Shown: piece after piece, positions 27,666 through 37,797 of the stretch
How the letters are laid out: each line of letters starts with the position of its first letter
Numbering within the stretch: position 1 is the first letter of the stretch
Assembly: GCA_025356085.1 (NCBI GenBank)
Contig: JANXUV010000218.1
Coordinates: forward strand, 1 to 63,556
Direction: 5' to 3'
From: Betaproteobacteria bacterium
GTDB taxonomy: Bacteria; Pseudomonadota; Gammaproteobacteria; Burkholderiales; SG8-39
DNA length: 63,556 bases
Translations under genes and position numbers: made by a program
Notes under the pieces: generated by a model
Databases searched by the model: none
What the model was told of the DNA's origin: nothing
What the model saw: only the letters and a program-made list of their open reading frames with translations

Positions 27666-28559
27666 ATGGATCTCTCCGCAACCCCGCCCGCACTCAGCAA
27701 GCGCTTCCGCACGCGGCGGCTGTCGGCTGTGTTCGGGGTCGAGATCGAAGGCCTTGACCTGGCTGGCAGGGTGTCGGACGACGACATCGCCGAGATTCGC
27801 CGCCTGTGGAACGAGTGCGGCCTGGTGCTGCTGCGCGACCAGCGCTTCAGCATGGAGGAGCATATTGCCTTCAGTCGCCGTTTCGGCACGCTGGACTTGA
27901 ACCAGACGCTGCTGCCGTTCCGGCATGTCAAACATCCGGAGTTGCTGGTGCTTTCCACCATACCAGTCGACGGCAAGCCCTCAAAAAGCGAAAACGTAGG
28001 CCGCCACTGGCATACCGACCTCTCTTACACTACGCGGCCGCCGCTCGGCTCGCTGTTCCATTGCCACGTGATCCCCGAAGTGGGCGGCGACACGGTTTTC
28101 GCGAACATGGCGGCGGCCTACGACGCGCTGAGCGAGGCGTTCAAGCAGCGCATTGAAGGACTGGAAGCGGTGCATGACTACATGCAGGTCGAGAACATGA
28201 AGAAGCGCGACCCGGCGATGGTCGCCGAACTGAAGAAGCTCAACCCGCCCGTGGCGCAGCCGCTGGTGCGCGTGCACCCTGAGACCGGGCGCAAGACGCT
28301 ATACCTCGGCGAGCAGGTGGCGCGGCGCATCGTCGGCATGAGCGAGAAGGAGGGCGCAGCGATCCTCGATTTCCTGCACGAGCATGCGGCCGACCCGCTG
28401 TTCACCTATCGGCACCGCTACCGCGTGCACGACCTGGTCCTGTGGGACAACCGGCAGTTGATGCACCTCGCGCTCGCCGATTTCCCGCCCGGCGCCCATC
28501 GATATTGCGTGCGCACCACTGTCGTGGGCTCGCTTTCAGGGCGCGTTTTAGAGGGCTGA
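27666..28559 (+). CDS. TauD/TfdA family dioxygenase
   Basis: WHTDLSY, GGDTVFAN, HPETGRK, WDNRQLMH. Confidence 0.9.
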   Translation: MDLSATPPALSKRFRTRRLSAVFGVEIEGLDLAGRVSDDDIAEIRRLWNECGLVLLRDQRFSMEEHIAFSRRFGTLDLNQTLLPFRHVKHPELLVLSTIPVDGKPSKSENVGRHWHTDLSYTTRPPLGSLFHCHVIPEVGGDTVFANMAAAYDALSEAFKQRIEGLEAVHDYMQVENMKKRDPAMVAELKKLNPPVAQPLVRVHPETGRKTLYLGEQVARRIVGMSEKEGAAILDFLHEHAADPLFTYRHRYRVHDLVLWDNRQLMHLALADFPPGAHRYCVRTTVVGSLSGRVLEG

Positions 28560-28560
28560 G

Positions 28561-28608
28561 AAAAAGAAACTCCAGGCGCCCCGGGGGGAGGGGGGAAGGC
28601 GCCTGGAG
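28561..28608 (-). terminator. Intrinsic terminator of the BON gene, with a C-rich loop
   Basis: Minus strand CTCCAGGCGCC-(TTCCCCCCTCCCCCCGG)-GGCGCCTGGAG-TTTCTTTTT. Confidence 0.7.
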
Positions 28609-28620
28609 GGTGCAGCCCTG

Positions 28621-28926
28621 TTACATCTTCACTTCGATGTTGTTCTCGACCGTGGTCACGCCTGTGACGCTGCGAGCCACAGACTCCGCGCGTTCCTTGT
28701 CGGCCTTGGTTTTCGCGGTGCCGCTCAGAACCACTACGCCGGTCTTGTCGGTGTCGACCGAGACTTTGACGAGCGTCGAGGGCTTTTCCTTCGCCATCTC
28801 GGCCTTGACCTTGGTGGTGATCACCGAGTCCTTGACGAACTCGCGGGTTTTGCCTTCGGCAGCGAACCCGGCGCCAGACACCATCAGACCGGCCACTATG
28901 CAGGCGCCGATGAATTGAGCTTTTTT
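28621..28926 (-). CDS. Small BON domain protein, start codon apparently lost
   Basis: DSVITTKVKAEM, GVVVLSG, GVTTVENNIEVK; signal peptide KKAQFIGACIVAG has no in-frame ATG. Confidence 0.7.
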   Translation of the reverse strand, partial: KKAQFIGACIVAGLMVSGAGFAAEGKTREFVKDSVITTKVKAEMAKEKPSTLVKVSVDTDKTGVVVLSGTAKTKADKERAESVARSVTGVTTVENNIEVKM

Positions 28927-29035
28927 CGCATGCGCCTGCGCTTGCGTTACGGCACGGTGCGCGAGGACTACGGCACCCGCGTCGATCGCAGCGAGGATCT
29001 GCGCTTCGACGTCAACTGGGCGGTCAACTTCAATC
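28927..29035 (+). pseudogene. C-terminal fragment of an outer-membrane beta-barrel (OprD-porin-like)
   Basis: LRLRYGTVREDY...EDLRFDVNWAVNF alternating beta-strand pattern with terminal Phe signature. Confidence 0.4.
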
Positions 29036-29043
29036 AGCCCGGC

Positions 29044-29397
29044 TCAGAACGCGTAGCGTCCCCAAAGCAGAAGCACGTCGCCGTTGCCTTCGTTGCTGGA
29101 AAGGCGAGGCACGTAAAGGCCCATGATCGAAAACCGGCCCCAGGCAACCTCAGCGATGGGCAGCAGGATGGGTACCGGAACCATGTAGTTGCTGTAGCTG
29201 GATTTCAGCGTGACCGTGGCGGTGAACCCGCCGCCGCCCCAGGCGCTCGAATTCAGGGTGGCGAGCTTTTCCGGCAAATAGGTGCCGCTGCCGTGATTTA
29301 TATAGCCGGGAAGATAAAGGTCCCAGTCATTGCCGTCCCAGGCTTTCGCCGCGCCGTTGCAGTTGTACTGGAGAAATTCCCACAAGCGGGAGGCTGA
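29044..29397 (-). pseudogene. pagP: PagP-like lipid A palmitoyltransferase remnant (no start, internal deletion)
   Basis: WDLYLPGY.NH...Y...K...N..AWGGG, then GFTA...NY..PVP.LLP...YVP...NG.V...GRYAF; central strands missing. Confidence 0.6.
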
Positions 29398-29935
29398 GTA
29401 CTTGGTGTTGTCGCTCGGCAAGCCATCGAAGCGGCTCGTCACTCGCCCGGCTTCGAGCGAGCCGCCGAGGTAGACGCCCGAGCCGAGAATGTCCGGCATC
29501 TTGATGGCGTGGTTGTAGTACATCAGCCTGCCAAAGGCCATCTCGCGTCCGGAGAATTCGCCGATGCGGTAGCCCGGCAGCTGGAGCGGACCGCCCAGCG
29601 CGAAGGTTTCATAAGCCGGCATGCCGGTATTCAGGTCTGTGCCGCCGCGAATAGTTCCGTTGAAGGTATGCGCGCCCCAGCTCGTTGCGTAAGTGACGCT
29701 GCCTTCCAGGCGCTTGTAATTGTTGGCCGATCCAAATGACTTGTCGTTTGGATTTAGGCGGTCAGGTGGGTCCGGTGCCCGTCGCGCGCGAACCACGCGT
29801 GGTCCAGGTGGTCGCCAACCAGCCGCACGGCCATGCCGGCGGAATTTTCCGACACCGTCGGCAGCAACGGCGAGCCCGTTTCCACGCTTGCCTTGATGTG
29901 CTGCCACGTCGGCCCGATGCGCAGTTCACCCGCGC
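29398..29935 (-). pseudogene. Fragment of the Omp85-type barrel of a patatin/PlpD-like protein
   Basis: GELRIG...DHLDHAWFARDG then TAA and frameshift near 29750, continuing YKRLEG...FALGGPLQLPGY...GVYLGGSLEAG. Confidence 0.55.
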
Positions 29936-30044
29936 ACGCTGAACTGATCGGCATCCTCCACCAGCTTGCGGCTCGGCAGCGGTAGCAACTGGAAATCGGC
30001 CACTGACGCCCCCATATGGGATAATGCAGGCGCAGTATCGAAAC

Positions 30045-30413
30045 GGGGGCGACCTGGTTTCGACGCAGGTACTGAAGCAGCACAGGGCATGCCGAGGACC
30101 AGAGCCCTCGTAAATCCATCTGGAAACACTTTAAACGCCAACGACACGCGTTTCGCTCTCGCGGCCTAATACCCGCGAGACGCTGCACTAGCCTGCTGGC
30201 GGGCTAGGCCTCAGAACAAGAGGTGCAGCGTCATTCACACCAGCCTCTCCCCGGGTTGTGGCCGCTTCGGCCCGGGGATCCGTCGAAGCGGCTAGCCGCG
30301 GATCAGCCTGCCGGTTGGCGGGTCCAAGGCGAAGCTCAAACAACCAGGCTAAGCATGTAGTCCTGACTGTGGACGATTTGCGGACGCGGGTTCGATTCCC
30401 GCCGCCTCCACCA
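30045..30413 (+). ncRNA. ssrA: tmRNA (one-piece), tag peptide ANDTRFALAA at 30137-30169
   Basis: 5' GGGGGCGACCTGGTTTCGAC, 3' GCGGGTTCGATTCCCGCCGCCTCCACCA; acceptor stem with G3-U pair; tag ends ALAA-stop. Confidence 0.96.
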
Positions 30414-30504
30414 ATACCCAGGTGGACAAAGACTTGAACTGAAGATTTTCACGCAGCGCACACAGCACCATGACGAGGGTTGAACGAATCATCATGCGTG
30501 CGCA

Positions 30505-31176
30505 CTATAGAACATTGCGGGTTGAAAGAAGCTCCATCGGATTTTGGATTATTGCATCCGCACGCCACGCGGCAAGCCCCTCGCCATAGCCCCAGTTTAC
30601 GGCCACCGAGCGCATGCCGGCAGCGCGCGCTGCCTGCACGTCGCGCAGATCGTCGCCGAGGTAGATGCACTCTTGCGGTGCGAGCGCGAGTTCCTTCGCG
30701 GCATGGAGCAGGGAGGCGGGATGCGGCTTCAGGTGTGGCGTCGTGTCGCCGCAGACCACGCAGGCGGCGCGCGCTTCCAATCCCAACATCCGCACCAGCA
30801 GGCGCGTGAGGCGGGTGGACTTGTTGGTTACGATGCCCCAGCGCAAGCCGCGCGTCTCGATGTTAGTGAGCAATTCTTCCATGCCGGAAAACAGGCGCGT
30901 GTCGACGCAGATTTCAGCTTCGTAGTGCCTGAGGAAGGCATCGCGCAGCGCCTTGAACTCCGGATGCTCGGGCAGGATGCCGAGGCCGGCGCCGATCAGG
31001 CCGCGTGCGCCGGCGGAAGCGTGCGGGCGCAGTTCTTTCAGCGGCAGGTCGGCAAGGCCGCGCGCCTCGCGCAATCGGTTGAGTGCGCGCGAAAGATCCG
31101 CGGCGGTGTCGGCGAGCGTTCCATCAAAGTCGAAGAGGACAGCCTTACTTCGAACAGCAGAGGGCGTAGTTGACAT
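30505..31176 (-). CDS. gph: Phosphoglycolate phosphatase-like HAD hydrolase
   Basis: [26 protein letters not shown]; follows ubiG. Confidence 0.85.
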   Translation of the reverse strand: MSTTPSAVRSKAVLFDFDGTLADTAADLSRALNRLREARGLADLPLKELRPHASAGARGLIGAGLGILPEHPEFKALRDAFLRHYEAEICVDTRLFSGMEELLTNIETRGLRWGIVTNKSTRLTRLLVRMLGLEARAACVVCGDTTPHLKPHPASLLHAAKELALAPQECIYLGDDLRDVQAARAAGMRSVAVNWGYGEGLAAWRADAIIQNPMELLSTRNVL

Positions 31177-31849
31177 CACAGTCGTCGCCAAGGCGGTATT
31201 GATTGGTGATCGGGTTGTAGGTCATGCCCTTGAGTTCGATGGGCTCGAGGCCCGCGTCACGGCACCAGCGGGACAGCTCGGACGGACGGATGAAGCGGGC
31301 GTAGTCGTGCGTTCCCTTCGGCAGCATTTTCAGCAGGTACTCGGCGCCGATCACCGCGAACAGGTAGGACTTCGGATTGCGGTTGATGGTCGAGAAGAAC
31401 ACGTGCCCGCCGGGCTTCGCGAGCTTCGCGCAGGCAGCGATGGTGCTCGTGGGCTCGGGTACGTGCTCGAGAAGCTCCATGCAGGTGACGATGTCGTAGA
31501 CACCTGGATTTGTTTCGGAATGCTCTTCCGCAGAACTTTTCAAATAGGTGACTTCAAGAGCAGATTCAATCAGGTGAAGCTCCGCCACTTTTAGCGGCTT
31601 TTCCGAAAGATCGATTCCCGTCACCGTCGCTCCCAGCCGCGCCATCGCTTCGGTGAGGATGCCGCCGCCGCAGCCGACGTCGAGCACCCGCTTGCCGGCG
31701 AGCGGCGCCATGCCGTCGATCCAGCCCAGGCGCAGCGGATTGAGGTCGTGCAGCGGCCGGAACTCGCCCTGCGGGTCCCACCAGCGGTGCGCGAGCTCGC
31801 CGAATTTCGCGAGCTCGGCCGGATCGAAGTTCTGTTGCACGGTCGCCAT
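31145..31849 (-). CDS. ubiG: Ubiquinone biosynthesis O-methyltransferase
   Basis: [47 protein letters not shown]. Confidence 0.95.
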   Translation of the reverse strand: MATVQQNFDPAELAKFGELAHRWWDPQGEFRPLHDLNPLRLGWIDGMAPLAGKRVLDVGCGGGILTEAMARLGATVTGIDLSEKPLKVAELHLIESALEVTYLKSSAEEHSETNPGVYDIVTCMELLEHVPEPTSTIAACAKLAKPGGHVFFSTINRNPKSYLFAVIGAEYLLKMLPKGTHDYARFIRPSELSRWCRDAGLEPIELKGMTYNPITNQYRLGDDCDVNYALCCSK

Positions 31850-31854
31850 AAAAC

Positions 31855-31881
31855 AAAAAGCCCCGCCGAAGCGGGGCTTTT
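31855..31881 (-). terminator. Intrinsic terminator downstream of ompA
   Basis: AAAAAGCCCCGC-CGAA-GCGGGGCTTTT hairpin. Confidence 0.85.
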
Positions 31882-31899
31882 CGAGAGCGCTAGGCTCGC

Positions 31900-32556
31900 T
31901 TACTTACGCGTGCCGATGACTTCGATCTCCACGCGGCTGTTCTTCTGGCGGCCGTCGGCGGTCTTGTTGCTCGCCACCGGCTGCTTCTCGCCTTTGCCTT
32001 CCGTGTAGATGCGGTTCGGCTCAACACCCTTGGACACCAGGTAAGCCTTGACGGACTCGGCGCGGCGCACCGACAGCTTCTGGTTGTAGGCATCGTTGCC
32101 GATCGAGTCGGTGTGGCCGATCGCGATCACGACTTCAAGGTTGATCGCCTTCACCTTGTTGGCGAGGTCGTCGAGCTTGCCCTTGCCTTCGTTCTTCAGC
32201 ACCGACTTGTCGAAGTCGAACAGCACGTCGGCAGCGAGCGTCACCTTCTCGGCGACCGGAGCGGGCTTGGCAGCGGGCTTGGCAGCGGGCGGCGGCGGCG
32301 GCGCGACTCTCGGCGCAGGCGGCTCGCAGACTTCCCTCGGCAGCAGGTCCTTGTCGCACTCACAGGTGGCGAGGGCGGGCGTCCAGTAACCGGCGCGCCA
32401 GCACTGGCCGACGGAGTTTTTCCAGACCAGGTCGGTGCTCGGCTGAACCCAATAGCCTTGTTTCGACTGTCCGGTCTGAGCCGACGCGACGAACGGCGTT
32501 GCAGACATCGCAATGCCTGCGGCGATCAGCAGTGGCATCCAGGTTTTCTTGCTCAT
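31900..32556 (-). CDS. ompA: OmpA family protein
   Basis: Signal peptide, [10 protein letters not shown], Pro-rich linker, [24 protein letters not shown]. Confidence 0.93.
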   Translation of the reverse strand: MSKKTWMPLLIAAGIAMSATPFVASAQTGQSKQGYWVQPSTDLVWKNSVGQCWRAGYWTPALATCECDKDLLPREVCEPPAPRVAPPPPPAAKPAAKPAPVAEKVTLAADVLFDFDKSVLKNEGKGKLDDLANKVKAINLEVVIAIGHTDSIGNDAYNQKLSVRRAESVKAYLVSKGVEPNRIYTEGKGEKQPVASNKTADGRQKNSRVEIEVIGTRK

Positions 32557-32618
32557 GCGCGTTCCCCTTACTGGTTTTTTTCCGGACCCATGCCCTGGAA
32601 AAATGATTGAAATCAAGA

Positions 32619-33947
32619 CTATGAACCGACCCTCACACTATTTTGCCACAACTTGCTACGGGTGTCCAAGCCCCAAAGTGGCGAATTTGCAACGATTCCT
32701 CCACTGACAAGATGGCGCCCAGCGATCCAGACGTCGCTGACGTGCTCACGGCCGGCGGCATAGACGATTTGAGACAGAGCGTCGTAGCAGGGCGACAACT
32801 CCGGCCCGGCCAGCCGTACGGCGGCCAGGTCGGCGGATTTGCCCGCGACGATGGAACCGATTCGCGTTTCCAGCCCAAGCGCCGTTGCGCCGCCCAGCGT
32901 CGCGGCATGTAGCGCGGCGTGCGCGGGCAGCGCTTCGGCATCGCGCGCCACCGCCTTCGCCAGCAGCGCAGCTAACCGCGTCTCCGCGAACATGTCGAGC
33001 CGGTTATTGCTGGCGGCGCCGTCGGTGCCGATGGCGATGTTGATGCCGGCCGCCGACATCTTAGCCACCGGCGCGAAGCCGCTGGCGAGCTTTAGGTTGG
33101 ACGACGGGCAATGGACCATCGACGCGCCATGCCTGGCCAGCAGCGCGATTTCGCCTTCAGTGACATGTACCGCGTGCACGGCGATCAATCCCGGCCCGAG
33201 CAGTCCCAGCCGTTCGAGGCGCTCCAGCGGCCGCACGCCGTGTTCGGCGAGCGAGCGCTCGATCTCGTGTTCGGTCTCGTGCAGGTGAATGTGCACCGGC
33301 ACATCGACTTCGGCAGCCAACTTGGCCACCTTGCGAAAGGTTGCGTCCGAAACCGTGTAGGGCGCATGCGGCGCGAGGCAGAACGAAACCAGCGGGTGCT
33401 CTCGCCACTGGTCGCGCAGCGCGAGGCCCTTGGCGAGGTAATCGTCGGGATCGGCGCCGTAAGTTGAGGGGAAATCGAATACCACCATGCCCAGTGAAAC
33501 GCGCATCCCCGCCTCGAGCGCGGCTTCCAGCGCGGCGCCCGGAAAGAAATACATGTCGTTGAAGCAGGTGATGCCGCCGCGCAGCATCTCCGCGCAGGCG
33601 AGCAGCGTGCCGTCCTTCACGAATTCCGGGGAGACGTGCTTCATCTCAGCGGGCCAGATGTGCTCCTCCAGCCAGCGCATGAGCGGCAGGTCGTCGGCCA
33701 GGCCGCGCATCAGCGACATCGCCGCATGGGTGTGCGAGTTGACCAGCCCGGGAATCAGCGCGTGCTCGCCTAGATCGACTTTCACATGGGAGGAAAAACG
33801 GCTTTCGGCATCGGCGCGCGGCAGCACGGCCTCGATGAGGCCGTCGCGCAAGGCAACGCAATGGTCTTCCAGGATTGCGCCCGCAGGCTCAACCGGGATG
33901 ATCCAGCGCGGGCAGAGAAGGCTGTTTGGAGGCACGAGATGCGGCAC
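32619..33947 (-). CDS. mtaD: TRZ/ATZ family amidohydrolase (MTA/SAH deaminase-like)
   Basis: PGLVNSHTHAAM, PHAPYTV, HIHLHET, HCPSSNLKLASG, GTDGAASNN; divergent from gyrA. Confidence 0.85.
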   Translation of the reverse strand: MPHLVPPNSLLCPRWIIPVEPAGAILEDHCVALRDGLIEAVLPRADAESRFSSHVKVDLGEHALIPGLVNSHTHAAMSLMRGLADDLPLMRWLEEHIWPAEMKHVSPEFVKDGTLLACAEMLRGGITCFNDMYFFPGAALEAALEAGMRVSLGMVVFDFPSTYGADPDDYLAKGLALRDQWREHPLVSFCLAPHAPYTVSDATFRKVAKLAAEVDVPVHIHLHETEHEIERSLAEHGVRPLERLERLGLLGPGLIAVHAVHVTEGEIALLARHGASMVHCPSSNLKLASGFAPVAKMSAAGINIAIGTDGAASNNRLDMFAETRLAALLAKAVARDAEALPAHAALHAATLGGATALGLETRIGSIVAGKSADLAAVRLAGPELSPCYDALSQIVYAAGREHVSDVWIAGRHLVSGGIVANSPLWGLDTRSKLWQNSVRVGS

Positions 33948-33977
33948 GGAATTGCGGCCAATTTTAACCGCGCCGCA

Positions 33978-33986
33978 TGATAAAAT
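33978..33986 (+). promoter_or_regulatory. Putative extended -10 promoter for gyrA (TGaTAAAAT)
   Basis: TG-n-TAAAAT about 60 nt upstream of the gyrA ATG. Confidence 0.4.
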
Positions 33987-34046
33987 TTCAGTTGAATTTT
34001 CTGCCGTAGAACGGCCCCTCCTAGCCTCCCAAAAACAAGAGCCGAA

Positions 34047-36716
34047 ATGGAACCCTTCGCAAAGGAAACGCTGCCGGTCAGCCTCGAAGAGGAGATGCGC
34101 CGCTCGTACCTCGATTACGCGATGAGCGTGATCGTCGGGCGCGCGTTGCCCGACGTGCGCGACGGGCTGAAGCCGGTGCACCGCCGGGTGCTGTTCGCGA
34201 TGCACGAGTCGAACAACGTCTGGAACCGCGCCTACGTGAAGTGCGCGCGGGTCGTCGGCGAGGTGCTGGGCAAGTACCACCCGCACGGCGACAGCGCGAC
34301 CTACGAGGCGCTGGTGCGCATGGCGCAGGATTTCTCGATGCGCTACATGCTGGTGGACGGGCAGGGCAACTTCGGCTCGGTGGACGGCGACAACGCGGCC
34401 GCCTACCGGTACACCGAGTGCCGCCTGGAGCGCCTGGCGGCCGAGCTGCTCGCCGACATCGACAAGGAAACCGTCGACTTCGTTGCCAACTACGACGGCA
34501 AGGAACGCGAACCGACGGTCCTGCCCTCGCGCATCCCGAACCTGCTGCTGAACGGCTCTTCGGGCATCGCGGTCGGCATGGCGACCAATATTCCGCCGCA
34601 CAATCTTTCCGAAGTCATCGACGCCTGCCTGCTGATGCTGCACGAGCCGCAGTGCGCCATCGAGGAGCTGATCAAGCTGATGCCGGCGCCGGACTTCCCG
34701 ACCGCGGGCATCATCTACGGCATTGCCGGCGTGCATGAGGGCTACCGCACTGGCCGCGGCCGCGTGGTGATGCGCGCGCGCACCCACTTCGAGGAAATCG
34801 TGGGCAAGAGCGACCGGCACGCGATTATCGTCGACGAGCTGCCTTACCAGGTGAACAAGAAGGCGCTGCTCGAGCGCATCGCCGAGCAGGTCACCGAGAA
34901 AAAACTGGAGGGCATCTCGGACATCCGCGACGAATCCGACAAGCAGGGCATCCGCGTGGTGATCGAGCTCAAGCGCGGCGAGCTGCCCGAGGTGGTGCTG
35001 AACAACCTCTACAAGCAGACGCAGCTGCAGGACACTTTCGGCATGAACATGGTGGCGCTGGTGGACAACCAGCCGCGCGTGCTGAACCTGAAGCAGCTGC
35101 TCGAGTCGTTCATTTCTCACCGCCGCGAGGTGGTGACGCGGCGCACGGTGTTCGAGCTGAAGAAGGCGCGCGAACGCGGCCACCTGCTGGAAGGCCTGGC
35201 GGTCGCGCTGTCGAACGTCGACGAGGTCATCGAATTGATCAAAAAGGCGCCGTCGCCCGCCGACGCCAAGCGCGAGCTGCTGGGACGCACCTGGAATTCC
35301 GCGCTGGTGAAGGAAATGCTCGCGCGTGTGGCGGGCGGGCACGAACAATACCGCCCCGAAGGACTGGGCGCCGACTTCGGCCTCAAGCCCGAGGGCTACC
35401 GGCTTTCCGAAGAGCAGGCGCAGGCGATCCTGGAACTCCGCCTGCAGCGCCTGACTGGGCTGGAACAGGACAAGATCCGGGATGAGTACAAGGAGGTGAT
35501 GCTGACCATCGCCGACCTGCTCGACATTCTCGACAAGCCGGCGCGCATCATCGCCATCATCGACGGCGAACTGAAGCACATCAAGGAAGAATTCGGCGAC
35601 CGCCGCCGCAGCGAGATCGTCACCGTCGCCGAGGACATCTCGCTCGAGGACCTGATCGCGCCGCAGGACATGGTGGTTACCTTCTCGCATGGCGGCTACG
35701 TGAAATCGCAGCCGCTCGCCGATTACCGCGCGCAGCGGCGCGGCGGCCGCGGCCGTACCGCGGCCACCACCAAGGACGACGATTTCATCGAGCGCATGTT
35801 CGTCGCGCATTCGCACGACTACCTGCTGTGCTTCTCCAGCCGCGGGCGACTGTACTGGCTCAAGGTGTTCGAAGTGCCGCAGGGCAGCAGCACCGCGCGC
35901 GGCAAGCCGATGGTGAACATGTTCCCCCTCGAAGAGGGCGAAAAGATCTCCACCGTGGTGCCGGTGAAGGAGTTCGACGAGAACCACTTCGTGTTCATGG
36001 CGACCGCGCAGGGCACGGTGAAGAAGACGCCGCTGGCGGAATTCTCGCGGCCGCGGCCTTCGGGAATCATCGCCGTCGGCCTGGACGAGGGCGACTACCT
36101 GATCGGCGTGGCGCTCACCGACGGCAGCTACGACGTGATGCTGTTCTCCTCCGAAGGCAAGGCGATCCGCTTTCACGAGGAGGACGTGCGCCCGATGGGC
36201 CGCACCGCGACCGGCGTGCGCGGCATGCGCCTGCCGGAAGACGGCAGCCGCAAGGTGGTGTGCATGCTGGCGGCGAAGGACGAGTCGCTCACTGTGCTCA
36301 CCGCCACCGAGAACGGCTACGGCAAGCGCACGCCGATCGCGGAATACACCAAGCACGGCCGCGGCGGCCTGGGCATGATCGCCATCCAGGCCTCGGACCG
36401 GAACGGCGCGCTTGTGGGCGCCGTCCTTGTCGATGACCACGACGAAGTGATGCTGATCTCCACCGGCGGGGTGCTGATCCGCACTGCGGTGGCGCAGATC
36501 CGCGAGATGGGGCGTTCGACGCAGGGCGTGACGCTGATCGCGCTGTCGGACGGGGAAAAACTGGCGGGCGTCGAGCGGATTCTCGAGCGCGACGAGGAAG
36601 AGGGTAACGGCACGGGCGGGGCAAACGCGGGTGGAAACGGGGGCAATGGCGGCGCAGCCACCGATGCGGCCGGCGAACCCCCTGCAGCCGATCCCGAAGG
36701 ACCGACCATTCACTGA
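34047..36716 (+). CDS. gyrA: DNA gyrase subunit A
   Basis: [28 protein letters not shown], GyrA-box QRRGGRG. Confidence 0.98.
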   Translation: MEPFAKETLPVSLEEEMRRSYLDYAMSVIVGRALPDVRDGLKPVHRRVLFAMHESNNVWNRAYVKCARVVGEVLGKYHPHGDSATYEALVRMAQDFSMRYMLVDGQGNFGSVDGDNAAAYRYTECRLERLAAELLADIDKETVDFVANYDGKEREPTVLPSRIPNLLLNGSSGIAVGMATNIPPHNLSEVIDACLLMLHEPQCAIEELIKLMPAPDFPTAGIIYGIAGVHEGYRTGRGRVVMRARTHFEEIVGKSDRHAIIVDELPYQVNKKALLERIAEQVTEKKLEGISDIRDESDKQGIRVVIELKRGELPEVVLNNLYKQTQLQDTFGMNMVALVDNQPRVLNLKQLLESFISHRREVVTRRTVFELKKARERGHLLEGLAVALSNVDEVIELIKKAPSPADAKRELLGRTWNSALVKEMLARVAGGHEQYRPEGLGADFGLKPEGYRLSEEQAQAILELRLQRLTGLEQDKIRDEYKEVMLTIADLLDILDKPARIIAIIDGELKHIKEEFGDRRRSEIVTVAEDISLEDLIAPQDMVVTFSHGGYVKSQPLADYRAQRRGGRGRTAATTKDDDFIERMFVAHSHDYLLCFSSRGRLYWLKVFEVPQGSSTARGKPMVNMFPLEEGEKISTVVPVKEFDENHFVFMATAQGTVKKTPLAEFSRPRPSGIIAVGLDEGDYLIGVALTDGSYDVMLFSSEGKAIRFHEEDVRPMGRTATGVRGMRLPEDGSRKVVCMLAAKDESLTVLTATENGYGKRTPIAEYTKHGRGGLGMIAIQASDRNGALVGAVLVDDHDEVMLISTGGVLIRTAVAQIREMGRSTQGVTLIALSDGEKLAGVERILERDEEEGNGTGGANAGGNGGNGGAATDAAGEPPAADPEGPTIH

Positions 36717-36717
36717 T

Positions 36718-37797
36718 ATGGCCCGCATTTTCAATTTCAGCGCCGGACCGGCGGTGCTGCCCGAAGAAGTTCTCTCCCGCGCCGGCGATGAAATCCTCGA
36801 CTGGCGCGGCACCGGCATGTGCGTGATGGAGATGAGCCATCGCGGCAAGGAGTTCATGTCCATCGCCGCCGAGGCGGAGAAGGACCTGCGCGAACTGCTC
36901 GCCATCCCGTCCAATTACAAGGTGCTGTTCCTGCAGGGCGGCGCGACGCTTCAGTTCGCGCAGATCCCGATGAACCTGCTGGCCGGCAAGACCAAGGCCG
37001 ACTACGTCGTCACCGGCGAATGGTCGAAGAAGGCGGTCAAGGAAGCGCAGGCTTATTGCGACGTGCATATCGCCGCCACTTCGGAGGACCAGGCGTTCAC
37101 CTATGCCCCGAAGCAATGGAACGTGAGACCCGATACCGCTTACGTTCACTATTGCTCCAACGAAACGATTGGCGGCGTTGAATTCCATGAAGTACCAAAA
37201 ATAGAAAAAAATCTTCCTTTGGTGGTGGACGCGTCGTCGCACATCCTCTCCCGTCCGCTGGACGTGTCGAAGTTCGGCCTGATCTACGCCGGCGCGCAGA
37301 AGAACATCGGGCCCGCCGGGCTCACCATCGTTATCGTGCGCGAGGATCTCACTGGCAAGGCGCAGAAGGGCACGCCCACGGTGATGGACTACAAGCTGCA
37401 GGCGGCGGCCGACTCCATGCTCAACACGCCGGCCACCTACGCGATGTATATCGCCGGGCTGGTGTTCAAGTGGCTGAAGACGCAAGGCGGCCTGGCCGAG
37501 ATGGAGAAGCAGAACATCGCCAAGGCGAAGCTGCTGTACGATTTTCTCGATGCGAGTTCGTATTTCAAGAACCCGGTTGCGAAGGATGACCGTTCGCGCA
37601 TGAATGTGCCATTTACGCTCAAGGACGCGGTCCAGGATGATGCTTTCCTGAAGGGCGCGGAAAAGCTGGGCATGGTGCAGCTGAAGGGCCACCGGTCGGT
37701 GGGCGGCATGCGCGCGTCGATCTACAACGCGATGCCGGTCGAGGGCGTGCGGCAGCTGGTGTCCTACATGAAGGAGTTCGAGGCGAAGCATGGCTAA
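36718..37797 (+). CDS. serC: Phosphoserine aminotransferase
   Basis: [35 protein letters not shown]. Confidence 0.97.
   Translation: MARIFNFSAGPAVLPEEVLSRAGDEILDWRGTGMCVMEMSHRGKEFMSIAAEAEKDLRELLAIPSNYKVLFLQGGATLQFAQIPMNLLAGKTKADYVVTGEWSKKAVKEAQAYCDVHIAATSEDQAFTYAPKQWNVRPDTAYVHYCSNETIGGVEFHEVPKIEKNLPLVVDASSHILSRPLDVSKFGLIYAGAQKNIGPAGLTIVIVREDLTGKAQKGTPTVMDYKLQAAADSMLNTPATYAMYIAGLVFKWLKTQGGLAEMEKQNIAKAKLLYDFLDASSYFKNPVAKDDRSRMNVPFTLKDAVQDDAFLKGAEKLGMVQLKGHRSVGGMRASIYNAMPVEGVRQLVSYMKEFEAKHG

Noticed and set aside
29044-29907. 287-aa ORF as one intact outer-membrane protein
   Set aside because: No signal peptide, its N-terminus is an off-frame reading, and it joins fragments of unrelated barrel families
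32261-32302. 12-bp tandem repeat and GGC run
   Set aside because: Encodes the ordinary Pro/Ala/Lys linker ([14 protein letters not shown]) of OmpA
34270-34325. Quinolone-resistance substitution in GyrA
   Set aside because: The QRDR reads HGDSATYE, with Ser and an acidic residue at the key positions, so it is wild-type-like
36590-36716. Low-complexity Gly/Asn/acidic stretch at the gyrA end
   Set aside because: A variable acidic C-terminal tail is normal for GyrA
32619-36914. 1431-aa minus-strand ORF
   Set aside because: Only the last about 443 codons are the real deaminase; the rest is the stop-free antisense shadow of gyrA, common in high-GC DNA
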